A model generated the notes under the pieces. The model saw nothing but the letters and a program-made list of their open reading frames with translations. It made no database searches and had not been told where the DNA came from. A stretch of 64,000 bases of DNA, from NCBI GenBank assembly GCA_965202785.1, contig OZ241855.1:1216001-1280000 (forward strand). The letters run 5' to 3'. Shown here one piece after another: positions 19,653-29,972 of the stretch. The stretch's first letter is position 1, and every line of letters begins with the position of its first letter. This DNA is from Thermodesulfobacteriota bacterium (GTDB lineage: Bacteria > Desulfobacterota_D > UBA1144 > Nemesobacterales > Nemesobacteraceae). The position numbers and the translations under genes are program-made.

Positions 19653-20909
19653 ATGCCCGAGCAGAGAATCATAAGAAATTATGTCGACAGGCCTAACTCC
19701 CATACCATCGGGTCGTATCTATCCTCGGGGGGATACTCGGCGCTGAGAAAAGCCCTCGGCATGGCCCCTGAAGAAGTAACCGACGCGGTCAAGAAATCGG
19801 GTCTGCGGGGAAGGGGAGGGGCTGGCTTTCCGGCGGGGATAAAGTGGAGCTTCATCCCGCCCGACTCCAAGAAACCGGTTTATCTCTGCTGCAACGCTGA
19901 TGAAAGCGAACCCGGAAGCTTCAAGGACAGGGAGATTCTGGAGAAAGATCCCCATCAGATGATAGAGGGCATAATAATCGCCTGCTACGCTATCCGTTCC
20001 CATAAAGCCTACATATACATAAGAGGGGAGATGCCGTACGGGGCCAAGAGGATACAGCAGGCTATAGAGGAAGCTTACGAGCACGGCTATCTCGGCAAGA
20101 ACATACTCCTAAGCAGCTTTGATCTAGATATGAAGCTGTATATAGGTGCCGGCGCCTACATATGCGGGGAGGAAACCGGTCTTCTTGAGTCAATAGAGGG
20201 AAAAAAGGGAGAGCCGAGACCCAAGCCTCCTTTTCCGGCCCAGATAGGCCTTTTCGGCTGTCCCACCATAGTCAACAACGTAGAGACGCTTGCATGCGTC
20301 CCCCATATAATAAACAACGGGGCGGACTGGTTTGCCTCGATAGGGACTCCCAGAAACACCGGAACCAAGATTTTCGGGCTAAGCGGGCATGTAAACAAAC
20401 CCGGGCTTTACGAACTTCCCCTTGGGATAAACCTTCTTGAGCTGATTGAAGAGTACGGAGAAGGAGTTCTCGGAGGAAGAAAAATAAAAGCAGTTTCTCC
20501 CGGTGGCTCTTCTTCCGCGGTTTTTTCCGCGGAGGAACTGGACATTGCGATGGATTTCGATACCGTTGCGGCCGCGGGCTCCATGCTTGGAACGGCAGGA
20601 GTAACTGTGATGGATGAAACGGTAAGCATGATCAAGGTAGCCCAGAACCTTGCCCATTTCTACAGAGATGAGTCATGCGGGCAGTGCGTTCAGTGCAGAG
20701 AAGGGACGTGGTGGCTTGAGAAGATACTGAGGGAAATTGACGAAGGTAAGGGATCCATTGAGCACCTCGACATAATACTTGACGCGTGCTCGCAGATGAG
20801 GGGAACGACCATATGCGCCCTTGCAGATGGCTGCGCCATGCCCGTTGAATCAATAGTGAGAAAATTCAGAGACGAGTTCGAAGAGCATATAAAAAGAGGA
20901 TACGCTTAG
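19653..20909 (+). CDS. nuoF: NADH:quinone oxidoreductase subunit F (stand-alone)
   Basis: SGLRGRGGAGF, NADESEPG..KDR, GAGAYICGEET, NNVET, ESCGQCVQCREG, TICAL. Confidence 0.93.
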   Translation: MPEQRIIRNYVDRPNSHTIGSYLSSGGYSALRKALGMAPEEVTDAVKKSGLRGRGGAGFPAGIKWSFIPPDSKKPVYLCCNADESEPGSFKDREILEKDPHQMIEGIIIACYAIRSHKAYIYIRGEMPYGAKRIQQAIEEAYEHGYLGKNILLSSFDLDMKLYIGAGAYICGEETGLLESIEGKKGEPRPKPPFPAQIGLFGCPTIVNNVETLACVPHIINNGADWFASIGTPRNTGTKIFGLSGHVNKPGLYELPLGINLLELIEEYGEGVLGGRKIKAVSPGGSSSAVFSAEELDIAMDFDTVAAAGSMLGTAGVTVMDETVSMIKVAQNLAHFYRDESCGQCVQCREGTWWLEKILREIDEGKGSIEHLDIILDACSQMRGTTICALADGCAMPVESIVRKFRDEFEEHIKRGYA

Positions 20910-21104
20910 CACTTGTGGCTCGGTTAAAGAAGCAAGGAGTTTTAAGGGGAGAGAGGTAGGATTTTACAACAAGCTTTGGCGCCATCAGGGGATTGAGGGG
21001 CGTACTCCGGATGAAGTTTGTTAAGACTTGGGTGGAAAGTTGCTGAAAAAGGAAGCAGCTTGAGATTGTTCAGAAAAAAAAAGGGAAATTCTTTTTTCGG
21101 ATCG

Positions 21105-22739
21105 ATGAGGCACACTTTTCTAGATGACGTATTCGGCGGTGTTGTCTCCGCGGTCGTAATGCTGCCGCTGGCGTTAGCATTCGGGGTTGCCTCGGGGCTG
21201 GGGCCAGCTGCTGGAATCTACGGTGCCGTCGCGGTGGGATTCTTTGCCGCCGCGTTCGGCGGCACGCCTTCACAGATTTCCGGCCCCACCGGTCCGATGA
21301 CTATCGCCATGGCTGCGGTCGTCACCCTGTATGCCCACGATCTGGCTACCGCCTTCACCATCGTCATGCTAGCCGGCCTGATACAGATCTCCCTGGGGTT
21401 TCTCCGGGTCGGCCGCTTTGTGAGTTACACTCCATATTCCGTGATTTCCGGTTTCATGACCGGGATCGGCGCGATCATCATAATTCTCCAGGTTGTGACT
21501 ATCCTCGGTGCCGACCCGGTCTCTGGAGGGCCTCTTGTCCAGATTGCGGCTTGGCCGGAGGCCATCGCCAACCCCAATCCGCAGGACCTCGTTGTTGGGT
21601 TGACCGCCTTGGCTATTTGCGTTTTCTGGCCCCGCCGGATGCGACGCTTCCTGCCCCCTGCGCTGGCCGCCTTGGCGATCGGCACCTGCATTGCGTTCTT
21701 CGGGCTCACCGAGGCACGAACCATCGGTGCGGTTCCTACGGGCCTGCCTGCGTTTCAGGCACCGCAGATAGAGTTGGGCTTAATCGGGCACTTCTTGGAG
21801 CCGGCGCTGATCCTCGCGCTTCTCGGTTCCATCGACAGCCTCCTTACCTCGTTGGTAGCGGATTCCCAAACCCGCACACGCCACAACCCCGACCGGGAAC
21901 TCGTGGGGCAAGGTCTCGGTAATCTGGCGGCCGGTATTCTGGGCGCGTTGCCGGGCGCAGGAGCCACTCTGGGCACCGTCACCAACATCCGGGCCGGGGG
22001 GCGCAGCCCGCTGGCGGGCATCCTGACCGCAGTTCTGCTGCTCGGCCTGCTGCTTGGCTTCGGCTGGATTGCCGAACCGATTCCGCTCGCTGTTCTGGCC
22101 GGCATTCTGATTAAAGTCGGCTGGGATATTATTGACTGGCGCTTCGTTGTCCACCTGCGGGCGATTCGCCTTGAGTACGTCCTTATAATGCTCCTCACCT
22201 TCCTTGTGACCGTGCTTGTCGATTTAGTCACCGCCGTCGCGCTCGGGTTGATCGCGGCGGGCGTGGTGCGCTCAAGAGACTTGACGCAGAACGAACTGGA
22301 AGGCGTGCTTTCCCTGCCAGTCTTGGACTTCGATTCTTTACCGTCTCTGGCAGAGATCGATCCCTATAGCCTACCGGTGGGACTCATCAAGTTAAGAGGA
22401 AGTTTCTCGATCGCTTCCGCAAACGAACTGACCCGGGTGATTGCCGCGGACATCGAGGATCACGACATCATCATCCTCGACTTCTCCGAGACCACCAGCG
22501 TGGACGATAGCGCTGCGCTTGCAATCGAGGAGCTCGTTCAATCTGCCATTGACGACGATACCGCCTGCGTCGTATTGGGCCTGTCTGGTGACGTGGGTAG
22601 AGTTCTTCAATCTCTCGAGGTCTTCCACCGTGTTCCCGCCGGGAATTTCGTGGACAGTCTTGACGAGGCGAAGAGGTTGTCCAAGCATCTTCTCCACAAA
22701 CGCAATGCTGATGGAACAAAGCCTAGCGAGGGAGGATGA
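21105..22739 (+). CDS. SulP/SLC26 anion (bicarbonate/sulfate) transporter with STAS domain
   Basis: LPLALAFGVASG, ISGPTGPM, RELVGQGLGN, PGAGAT, C-terminal STAS domain. Start could be further upstream (21018). Confidence 0.9.
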   Translation: MRHTFLDDVFGGVVSAVVMLPLALAFGVASGLGPAAGIYGAVAVGFFAAAFGGTPSQISGPTGPMTIAMAAVVTLYAHDLATAFTIVMLAGLIQISLGFLRVGRFVSYTPYSVISGFMTGIGAIIIILQVVTILGADPVSGGPLVQIAAWPEAIANPNPQDLVVGLTALAICVFWPRRMRRFLPPALAALAIGTCIAFFGLTEARTIGAVPTGLPAFQAPQIELGLIGHFLEPALILALLGSIDSLLTSLVADSQTRTRHNPDRELVGQGLGNLAAGILGALPGAGATLGTVTNIRAGGRSPLAGILTAVLLLGLLLGFGWIAEPIPLAVLAGILIKVGWDIIDWRFVVHLRAIRLEYVLIMLLTFLVTVLVDLVTAVALGLIAAGVVRSRDLTQNELEGVLSLPVLDFDSLPSLAEIDPYSLPVGLIKLRGSFSIASANELTRVIAADIEDHDIIILDFSETTSVDDSAALAIEELVQSAIDDDTACVVLGLSGDVGRVLQSLEVFHRVPAGNFVDSLDEAKRLSKHLLHKRNADGTKPSEGG

Positions 22740-22788
22740 ATGTTGGCGTGCAACCGCGTTGGCGCATATGTTCATGCGCACCCATAGA

Positions 22789-24213
22789 TTATCCGAGAGA
22801 ATTTCTGAGCGTTTGATTTACTACTGCGGGATCGGCTTTTCCCCTTGTTGCCTTCATCACCTGACCGACGAAAAAACTGAGAAGCTTTGTGTCCCCGTTC
22901 CTATATCTCTCGACTTCCTTCGGGTTTTCTTCGATTATTTTGCTTATAATAGAAGAGATCTCGTCTTCATCGGTAATCTGGGTAAGCCCCTTTTCGGTTA
23001 CTATTTCTTCTGCGCGTTTCCCCCCGCTTATCATCTCAGAGAATATTTCCTTGGCGGTCTTGCGGTTTATTTTTCCTTCCCCGATAAGATTAAGCAGTTC
23101 AGCGAGGTTCTCGGGCTTAACCGGAAATTCGGCTATGCCGTCTTCATTCTCGACTTCTCTAAGCATCTCGTTTAATATCCAGTTGCTTGCCGCCTTCTTG
23201 TCTTTTACGTGTTTCGCGCACTCTTCAAAGTATTCAGCAAGCGGTCTTGAAGATGAAAGCGTCTCGGCGTCGTTTCTCTGTATATTGAGTTCATCTACGA
23301 ACCTGCTGAGCTTTTCTTCGGGAAGTTCCGGGAGGGAAAGGCGGATTTTCTCCAGATAATCCTCCACCACTACAACCGGCAGAAGGTCCGGGTCCGGGAA
23401 GTACCTGTAGTCGTGAGCCTCCTCTTTTGATCTCATCGCAAACGTGACCCCTTTTTGGGAGTCGAAAAGCCTTGTTTCCTGGACCACCTTTCCTCCGCTT
23501 CGCAGAACCGCTTCCTGCCTCTTTATTTCGTATTCTATGGCCCTTTGTATGAAACGGAAGGAATTAAGATTCTTGATCTCAGTTTTAGTTCCGAGTTCGC
23601 TCTGCCCTGTCGGCCGCACGGAGACGTTTGCGTCGCAGCGCAGGCTTCCTTCTTCCATGTTCCCGTCACAAACCTCTATATATCTAAGGATTGTCCTAAG
23701 TTTCTTTACGTATTCAACCGCTTCTTCGGCGGTTGAGATGTCAGGCTCGCTGACTATCTCCACAAGCGGCACTCCCGCCCTGTTGAGATCCACATGGCTT
23801 TCAAAGTCAGAGTATTCGTGCACGAGTTTCCCCGCGTCTTCTTCCAGATGTATTCGGGTTATCCTGATCTTTTTTTTGTCGTCCCCCGAATCTATTTCGA
23901 GATACCCTCTAAGGCAAAGCGGTTCGTCGTACTGCGAAATCTGATAGCCCTTCGGAAGGTCCGGGTAGAAGTAGTTCTTCCTTGCGAATCTGGATTTGCG
24001 GGTGATTTCGCAGTTGGTTGCCAGTCCGGCCTTTATGGCATACTCAAGAACCCTTTCGTTAAAAACCGGCAACACCCCCGGCATGCCCAGACAGACCGGA
24101 TTTACCTGGGAGTTGGGGGGATTTCCGAATTTCGTCGAGGAAGAGGAAAATATCTTGGATTCAGTGGCGAGTTGTGCGTGTACTTCGAGACCGATTACCG
24201 CTTCGTATTGCAT
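22789..24213 (-). CDS. gatB: Asp/Glu-tRNA amidotransferase subunit B
   Basis: IGLEVHAQL, RKNYFYPDLPKGYQISQ, HLEEDAGK, RCDANVS, DYRYFPDPDL. Confidence 0.98.
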   Translation of the reverse strand: MQYEAVIGLEVHAQLATESKIFSSSSTKFGNPPNSQVNPVCLGMPGVLPVFNERVLEYAIKAGLATNCEITRKSRFARKNYFYPDLPKGYQISQYDEPLCLRGYLEIDSGDDKKKIRITRIHLEEDAGKLVHEYSDFESHVDLNRAGVPLVEIVSEPDISTAEEAVEYVKKLRTILRYIEVCDGNMEEGSLRCDANVSVRPTGQSELGTKTEIKNLNSFRFIQRAIEYEIKRQEAVLRSGGKVVQETRLFDSQKGVTFAMRSKEEAHDYRYFPDPDLLPVVVVEDYLEKIRLSLPELPEEKLSRFVDELNIQRNDAETLSSSRPLAEYFEECAKHVKDKKAASNWILNEMLREVENEDGIAEFPVKPENLAELLNLIGEGKINRKTAKEIFSEMISGGKRAEEIVTEKGLTQITDEDEISSIISKIIEENPKEVERYRNGDTKLLSFFVGQVMKATRGKADPAVVNQTLRNSLG

Positions 24214-24517
24214 TGATCGTTCCTTCGGGAGAAATTTGATAAAGCAGTCAAGCGAAAATTATATATGTACTTGGCCAGCAGGCAACCTCTGGTCCGCGTA
24301 TTTCCATCCAGAATAGGGAATAGGGCTGGCGGAAAGCTCTCTCAACAAGCCCATCGTTTCTTTTTGACCTTTTGGCTCAAAAACTTTATTCTTTTTACCC
24401 ATTAGTGGCGTATCTTCCTGTTGATTAGTTTGCATGAATTCAAATCAACCGGATACGCAGATTTTTTTCAAACCATCCGTACACCAAATTTGAACATAAC
24501 TCAGAGGAGGACATAAG

Positions 24518-25786
24518 ATGAGAATTTTAGCAGTTTTAGCTGTTTCTTTGATGACCCTTCTTTCCTTTATGTCACTTCCCGCCCAGGCTGACAGCAACCA
24601 GAGCATACAGGAGCAGATAGAGGAACTTAAGAAGAAGATAGAAGAACTTGAGCAGCAGATGAACATGAAGGCATACGAAGCCACGGCGAGAGATTCTAAA
24701 GCCTGGTACAATAAGATAAAGGTCAAAACTAAAAAAGGCGCCGGGCTTACTTTCCAGACTGCGGATAAGAACTACAAGCTCAGGATGCGCTTTTTTGGTC
24801 AGTTTCTGGCCAACTACACAGATCCTGATGCTGGCGAAGAGGGTCTCGGTTTCAGTGTAAGAAACCTCTGGTTGATCTGGGACGGTAATGCTTTCGCTCC
24901 CTGGATGAAATACACGGTTCAGTATGATCTCTCAGGGGGTGGAGCGCTAAAGGATATGAGGCTTTCGTTTGCCAAGAACAAGGCTTTTGTTCCCATGATA
25001 GGCCAGTACAAGGTTCCGTTTAGCAGAGAATTTCTTACCTCAATTACCGCCCTGCAGCTTGTGGGAACCTCGATCATAGACGATTACTTTCGGTATGGCA
25101 GGGATATCGGTGGTGGCGTTTACGGTTTTCTCGGCGACGGAATGATCCGCTATGATGCGGGTGTTTTCCAAGGCGAAGGCGCGAACCAGAAAAACGACAA
25201 GGGTGACACTGGTATGCTCTGGGCAGGAAGGGTCCAGGCGGCCGTTATCGGCGGGAAAGCCAAGAGTGTAAAAGAGAATTTTGCCAAAAGGCCAACGCTT
25301 ATGGTTGCAGCTGCTGTTGCGGGTATAGATGTTGAGGATGGAAGTGATGGCAATATAGGAATTCCATCTGGAGAGAGAGACCTTGTAAGCGGCACAGTCA
25401 CTTCCTTTACGGCGGATATAAACTACAGAGATCCGAGGTTCAATCTTACCGGTGAGTATGTCGGAAGGTGGGCCAATCCTGATGAGGGCGGTGTAGACAC
25501 TGCCTATGATCAGGGTTTCAGGGTTCAGGGCGGTTTCTTCCTCCTTCCGAGAAGGATTGAGCTTGCCTCAAGGTACGCGATGGTCATCTTTGACGATGAC
25601 GCCAACGTTCTCGGAGGAAATGACCTTGACAACGTGTGGACGTTCACACAGGGGCTTAGCTACTACCTGAGCGGCAATCACAAGTGGAAAGTGCAACTTG
25701 ACTACACGTTCCAGAGAGAAGAAGATCTCGATGGCGTAGAGTCGGATGAGTCGATGGTAAGAGCGCAGGTTCAGACCTACTTTTAG
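24518..25786 (+). CDS. OprO/OprP-like outer membrane porin
   Basis: Signal peptide, N-terminal coiled coil, GQYKVPFSRE, RDIG, amphipathic beta strands, terminal Phe. Confidence 0.8.
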   Translation: MRILAVLAVSLMTLLSFMSLPAQADSNQSIQEQIEELKKKIEELEQQMNMKAYEATARDSKAWYNKIKVKTKKGAGLTFQTADKNYKLRMRFFGQFLANYTDPDAGEEGLGFSVRNLWLIWDGNAFAPWMKYTVQYDLSGGGALKDMRLSFAKNKAFVPMIGQYKVPFSREFLTSITALQLVGTSIIDDYFRYGRDIGGGVYGFLGDGMIRYDAGVFQGEGANQKNDKGDTGMLWAGRVQAAVIGGKAKSVKENFAKRPTLMVAAAVAGIDVEDGSDGNIGIPSGERDLVSGTVTSFTADINYRDPRFNLTGEYVGRWANPDEGGVDTAYDQGFRVQGGFFLLPRRIELASRYAMVIFDDDANVLGGNDLDNVWTFTQGLSYYLSGNHKWKVQLDYTFQREEDLDGVESDESMVRAQVQTYF

Positions 25787-26145
25787 GGATGCATTTGGAG
25801 ATATAGTCAAATCTGGTGCATGGGAGCATAATCAGGTGGCGGTCTGATAGTCTGTTTTCACCTCTGTTGTTTTACCCATTGCCTGCTTGATTCCATCTTT
25901 GAATTTCCCTCTTTTACGCTTTGACGATATTGAACTCTTTATGCCTCTGAACAATTCTCTGCGATTCAGTGGGAACTTCGGAATTTCAGGGAACTACGAG
26001 ATACAAAATGGGTGGTTTTTCTGAACTATGGACCTTTTCGATGCTTTCTCGACAAAGCGCGCAACAGGGCATTACAGGTATTTTCCTAATTTGAGTTCAC
26101 GGTGTAATTTAGATTCCGGTACTCTTTTCACTGAGAAGGACCGAT

Positions 26146-26811
26146 ATGCAAGAGACAAAAGCCCTTATAGTTTCTCCGCACCCGGATGACCTTGAAATAG
26201 GCATGGGAGGAACTGCCTGCCTGCTTCTGGAAAAAGGTGTTGACGTGGTTTCCGTTGTCGTTACGGATGGAAGGAGAAGTGCGAATCCCCTTGGTATCTC
26301 GCAGGAAGAACTTGTGCAGACAAGGGAACGGGAAGTCAGGGCATCCTCGGAGATACTCGGGGTGGAGGTTTCTCTTCTGAGGTTCTCCGACATGGAATCC
26401 GATTCGAACAAGCGTGAATTCAGTTCCGGGATGGCGGAAATAATAACAAGTCTCCGCCCGGGGGAGATATACCTCCCGCATCCCGAGATTGACAAGCACA
26501 GAACCCACAGGACGGTTTCGCTCCTGACGCTTGATTGTCTCAACGCGGTGCTTGGGGAAAGCCCTTTTGAGTGTGAATGCTGGTTCTATGAGGTATGGAC
26601 GCCTTTTCCTTCATACGACCGGATCGAAGATATAACGTCTTTTGCCGACCGCAAGCGCCGGGCGATTGAGGCGCACAGGAGCCAGACGGCCTACAAGGAC
26701 TACACAGACGGCATAATGGGCCTTAACAGGTACAGGGGTGCTTTTCACGACACCGCGGACGGATTCGCGCCGCTTTGGGCCGAGGTCTTCATAAAGCATG
26801 ACTCCGGGTGA
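26146..26811 (+). CDS. PIG-L/LmbE family deacetylase
   Basis: PHPDDLE, TDG, REREV, D.HRTH, HRSQ. Confidence 0.9.
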   Translation: MQETKALIVSPHPDDLEIGMGGTACLLLEKGVDVVSVVVTDGRRSANPLGISQEELVQTREREVRASSEILGVEVSLLRFSDMESDSNKREFSSGMAEIITSLRPGEIYLPHPEIDKHRTHRTVSLLTLDCLNAVLGESPFECECWFYEVWTPFPSYDRIEDITSFADRKRRAIEAHRSQTAYKDYTDGIMGLNRYRGAFHDTADGFAPLWAEVFIKHDSG

Positions 26812-26813
26812 CC

Positions 26814-27464
26814 TTATCTCGGAATATATCTTCTTTTTCTTGACCAAAGAAGCAGGTCAAATTCATCAAGACTGATTCCCAGATCGTGCGCGGCTTCCGT
26901 CATAAGGTTTTCGGTTTCAAGGTATCTTTTTTTCGTCAGTGGGTACTTCGTTTCGCCTATGACCCCCAGTTCGAAAAGGGATGCCAGATTGTTTCGGTCA
27001 AGAATCGCATAGCCTGAGAATCCCAGATTCCTCAAAAAATGGCTTGCCTGCATGTATCCGAGTCCTTTTATTCCGGGGTTTTTCGCGAAAAAATCTCTTC
27101 TTTCCACTCTGTCTTCAAAGGAGCTGACAAGTGATTTCAGGAGGAACCCGTGTTTTTCCTTAAGATATTCCCTGGTAAAAACAATATAGCGGGACGCGTT
27201 CTCGGCATACTTGTGAATTGCTCCAATGCGTCCCAGCAGTTCGTCTTCTTCTCCGTCCACGAGTTTTTCTCCTATGGCGCTCACGCATTGACCGGCTATT
27301 TTGGGGCCGACCCCGGAACTCAGTATGCAGAATGAAAGTTCACGGAAGACCTGGTGGTTGTCAGCTTCCCCAAAAGCCTGTTTGAATTCCAGCAGCCGGT
27401 TCTGTATCTCTTCTTTTTTAAGCTCGTAGAGTTCTAAAAGTTCCTGTTTTTCTTTCTCTGTCAT
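26814..27464 (-). CDS. Ogg2-type N-glycosylase/DNA lyase paralogue lacking the catalytic Lys
   Basis: ELSFCILS, GLGYMQASHFLRNLG..YAILDRN, YLETE, DLLLW; Met replaces the catalytic Lys. Confidence 0.8.
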   Translation of the reverse strand: MTEKEKQELLELYELKKEEIQNRLLEFKQAFGEADNHQVFRELSFCILSSGVGPKIAGQCVSAIGEKLVDGEEDELLGRIGAIHKYAENASRYIVFTREYLKEKHGFLLKSLVSSFEDRVERRDFFAKNPGIKGLGYMQASHFLRNLGFSGYAILDRNNLASLFELGVIGETKYPLTKKRYLETENLMTEAAHDLGISLDEFDLLLWSRKRRYIPR

Positions 27465-27489
27465 CCGTGGGATCCTGTTTTTCGAGGCG

Positions 27490-28134
27490 TCATTTCAGTA
27501 TTTCGCCTGTTTTCTCGCTCCACAGAAACAGATCCATTTCATCGAAATCAAATCCGTTTTTCTCGGTGAACCTCTTAAACTTGTTTTCAATCTCAATGTA
27601 TTTTGACCTTGAGTGCGGTGCCCGGGCGGAGTCCGTTATGCCTAGTTCGAAGAGACACTGGAGTATGTGTTTGTCAAGAATCGCGTAGCCGCGAAAACCG
27701 ATATTTCTTAGAAAATGGCTTGCTTCCTTGAAGCCGAGCCCTTTTATATCCTTGTTGAGTGCAAGGAAGTCTCTTCGCTCTGCCGGGTCTTCAAAGGAGA
27801 GAAGAAGCGGCCTTAACTTGAGTCCGTACCGACTGGCCAAATAGTTTCTTGTGTGGATCACGTGTTTTGAGCGCACGTTTGGAAATCTGTAAACTCCCTG
27901 CAATTTCGCCCTCAGTTCGTCCTCGCTTGCCCTCGGGAGTATGCTCCTTACGGCACTAAGCGCGCTCAGTCCCATCTTCGCGCTCGTTCCGGCCGTGAAT
28001 ATGCAGAAGACGAGCTCTTCGAAGATTGCTTCTTCGGAGGCGTTTTTGATGATATTCTCAAATTCCCCGAGTTTCTTCCTTATTTCCGGGGCTTTGTGCG
28101 GAAGGTCTTCTCTTATTGACCGTACTGTCAGCAT
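27490..28134 (-). CDS. ogg: 8-oxoguanine DNA glycosylase/AP lyase, Ogg2 type
   Basis: ELVFCIFT, YRFPN.R, GLGFKEASHFLRNIG..AILDKHIL, DLFLW..KTGEILK with terminal Lys. Confidence 0.9.
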   Translation of the reverse strand: MLTVRSIREDLPHKAPEIRKKLGEFENIIKNASEEAIFEELVFCIFTAGTSAKMGLSALSAVRSILPRASEDELRAKLQGVYRFPNVRSKHVIHTRNYLASRYGLKLRPLLLSFEDPAERRDFLALNKDIKGLGFKEASHFLRNIGFRGYAILDKHILQCLFELGITDSARAPHSRSKYIEIENKFKRFTEKNGFDFDEMDLFLWSEKTGEILK

Positions 28135-28141
28135 CCGGGAT

Positions 28142-29719
28142 TTATTTGTAGATGACGAGGTTTCTTCCGGCGATCAGCGTGGTTGAAGACATATTGTTCC
28201 ACCTTTTGATCTGGGGAACCGATACCCTGTAGCGAAGCGCCAACTCGCTCAGCGTGTCGCCGGGGATTATCTTGTGGTGCAGCTTCTTCGGAACGTTCCG
28301 CGGCACATAAGTGTAGGAAAGTCTTTGTGGAATGGAAAGGGTTTTTCCCGCTATTATAAGGGAGCCCTTGAGGTTGTTAGCCCTTTTTATCTCGTCGATT
28401 GTAGTTCCGTACCTTTTTGCCAGAACGTAAATATTTTCCCCAGGGCGGATTCTATGCTTTACGTATATGACGTTTCCTCTTGTGGGTATCTTAAGCCTCT
28501 GCCCGGGGCGTATGATCGAACCCTTGAGGTTGTTTGTGTACTTGAGTTTCTCGACAGACGTTCCGAATTCCTTGGCTATTTCCCAGAGGCTGTCATTCGG
28601 TTTTACCGTGTATCTTGCGGGCCTTGTTCTGAAAGGAGTCTGAACATCCTTGAGGGTCTCCACTTCGCTTTTAACGGCAAGGAGCTTTTCTCCGTAGCCC
28701 TTGGGAACCTTAAGCTTATAGTTCTTCCCGGGAGGAGTGGAAAGTCCGACGAGCGAAGGATTATAATTGGAAATCTCTTTGTATCCCATGTCAAGGAGGT
28801 TGGCGATTTCCGCAAGGCTTTTTCTTGGTGGAACGCTCACTGCTTCATAATCTTTCCCCGTTTCCGTAATCCTGAAACCGTATTTCTCGGGGTTCTTGGC
28901 TATTATCAAAGCGGCGTTGAATTTCGGCACGTAGTTTCTTGTTTCCCTGGGAAGCCTTTTTGACACTGTCCAGAAATCGGTTGAACCCGTTTTCCTGATA
29001 GCCTTAGCCACTCTTTTCTCACCGCAGTTGTAGGCGGCGAGGGCGAGTTCCCACGAACCGAACTCGTCAAACAACTTTCTGAGATACCTGGCTGCCGCCA
29101 AGGTGGACTTCTCGGCGTTCATTCTCTCGTCTACCCAGTAGTTTATTTTCAACCCGTATTTTAGTCCGGTCGGCCTTATGAATTGCCATAGCCCGACGGC
29201 GTTCATTTTTGAGACGGCACGGGGATTAAACCCGCTTTCTATAATAGGCAGATACGCGATTTCTTCGGGAACACCCTCGGAGCGAAGAGTTTCCCTGATA
29301 TCCGGAAGATATTTCCCGGAGCGTCTGAGAATCACGGTGAAATTTCTCTTTCCTTTTCCCGAAAACCGCCGGATATAGCGATCAACCTTTGAGTTCCTTT
29401 CTATCTCGAATTTTATGTCTTCGTAACTCTGCAAAGTGTCTGCGGATTCGGCCTTCGAGGTCTCTTCGGTTCCGAGCGCCACCTGCCCGACCTGCGGGCT
29501 TTGTTCGTCAGAACTAGGAGATGATTGGGCTGCAGGGATTGGATCTGCTTGTGCGGTTTCTTCAGCTTCTTTGGTTGCTGAGATCTCTTCGCTTAACTCG
29601 GTGGATTCTGCCTGTGCTTCTTGGGAGTGTTCGTGGGGTTGCGCTAGGCTTGAGGCGGTAACGGACGCCCACGGGAGAAAAATGGCGAGGAAAACGCAAA
29701 GTATGACTTTTAAATTCAT
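28142..29719 (-). CDS. mltD: MltD-like lytic transglycosylase with three LysM repeats
   Basis: IESGFNP.AVS..AVGLWQF, AAYNCG, ETRNYVPK, three LysM repeats. Confidence 0.88.
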   Translation of the reverse strand: MNLKVILCVFLAIFLPWASVTASSLAQPHEHSQEAQAESTELSEEISATKEAEETAQADPIPAAQSSPSSDEQSPQVGQVALGTEETSKAESADTLQSYEDIKFEIERNSKVDRYIRRFSGKGKRNFTVILRRSGKYLPDIRETLRSEGVPEEIAYLPIIESGFNPRAVSKMNAVGLWQFIRPTGLKYGLKINYWVDERMNAEKSTLAAARYLRKLFDEFGSWELALAAYNCGEKRVAKAIRKTGSTDFWTVSKRLPRETRNYVPKFNAALIIAKNPEKYGFRITETGKDYEAVSVPPRKSLAEIANLLDMGYKEISNYNPSLVGLSTPPGKNYKLKVPKGYGEKLLAVKSEVETLKDVQTPFRTRPARYTVKPNDSLWEIAKEFGTSVEKLKYTNNLKGSIIRPGQRLKIPTRGNVIYVKHRIRPGENIYVLAKRYGTTIDEIKRANNLKGSLIIAGKTLSIPQRLSYTYVPRNVPKKLHHKIIPGDTLSELALRYRVSVPQIKRWNNMSSTTLIAGRNLVIYK

Positions 29720-29972
29720 GTTAATTTCTTGCCTGCGGAAATCCCCTCCATATTAACTCTTGTGGTTCTTAAGTCAAAGATTGGGACGGCTATATCCCGA
29801 GGGGAGACTTCCGGTTTATTTTTCCATCAGTTATTTGTACAATAATTCTAACCACATAGTTTCAACAGTCAAAGCATATTATGGGGAATTTGGTAAGAAC
29901 GGTCCTTTTCAGGTTGTTGTTTTTCTGGGTTCCTCATGAAATCTTTTCCTTAAACATGTCGGGGGTAACAAC

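Noticed and set aside
22441-23175. 244-aa ORF spanning the sulP end and antisense to gatB
   Set aside because: Shadow ORF overlapping two well-supported genes.
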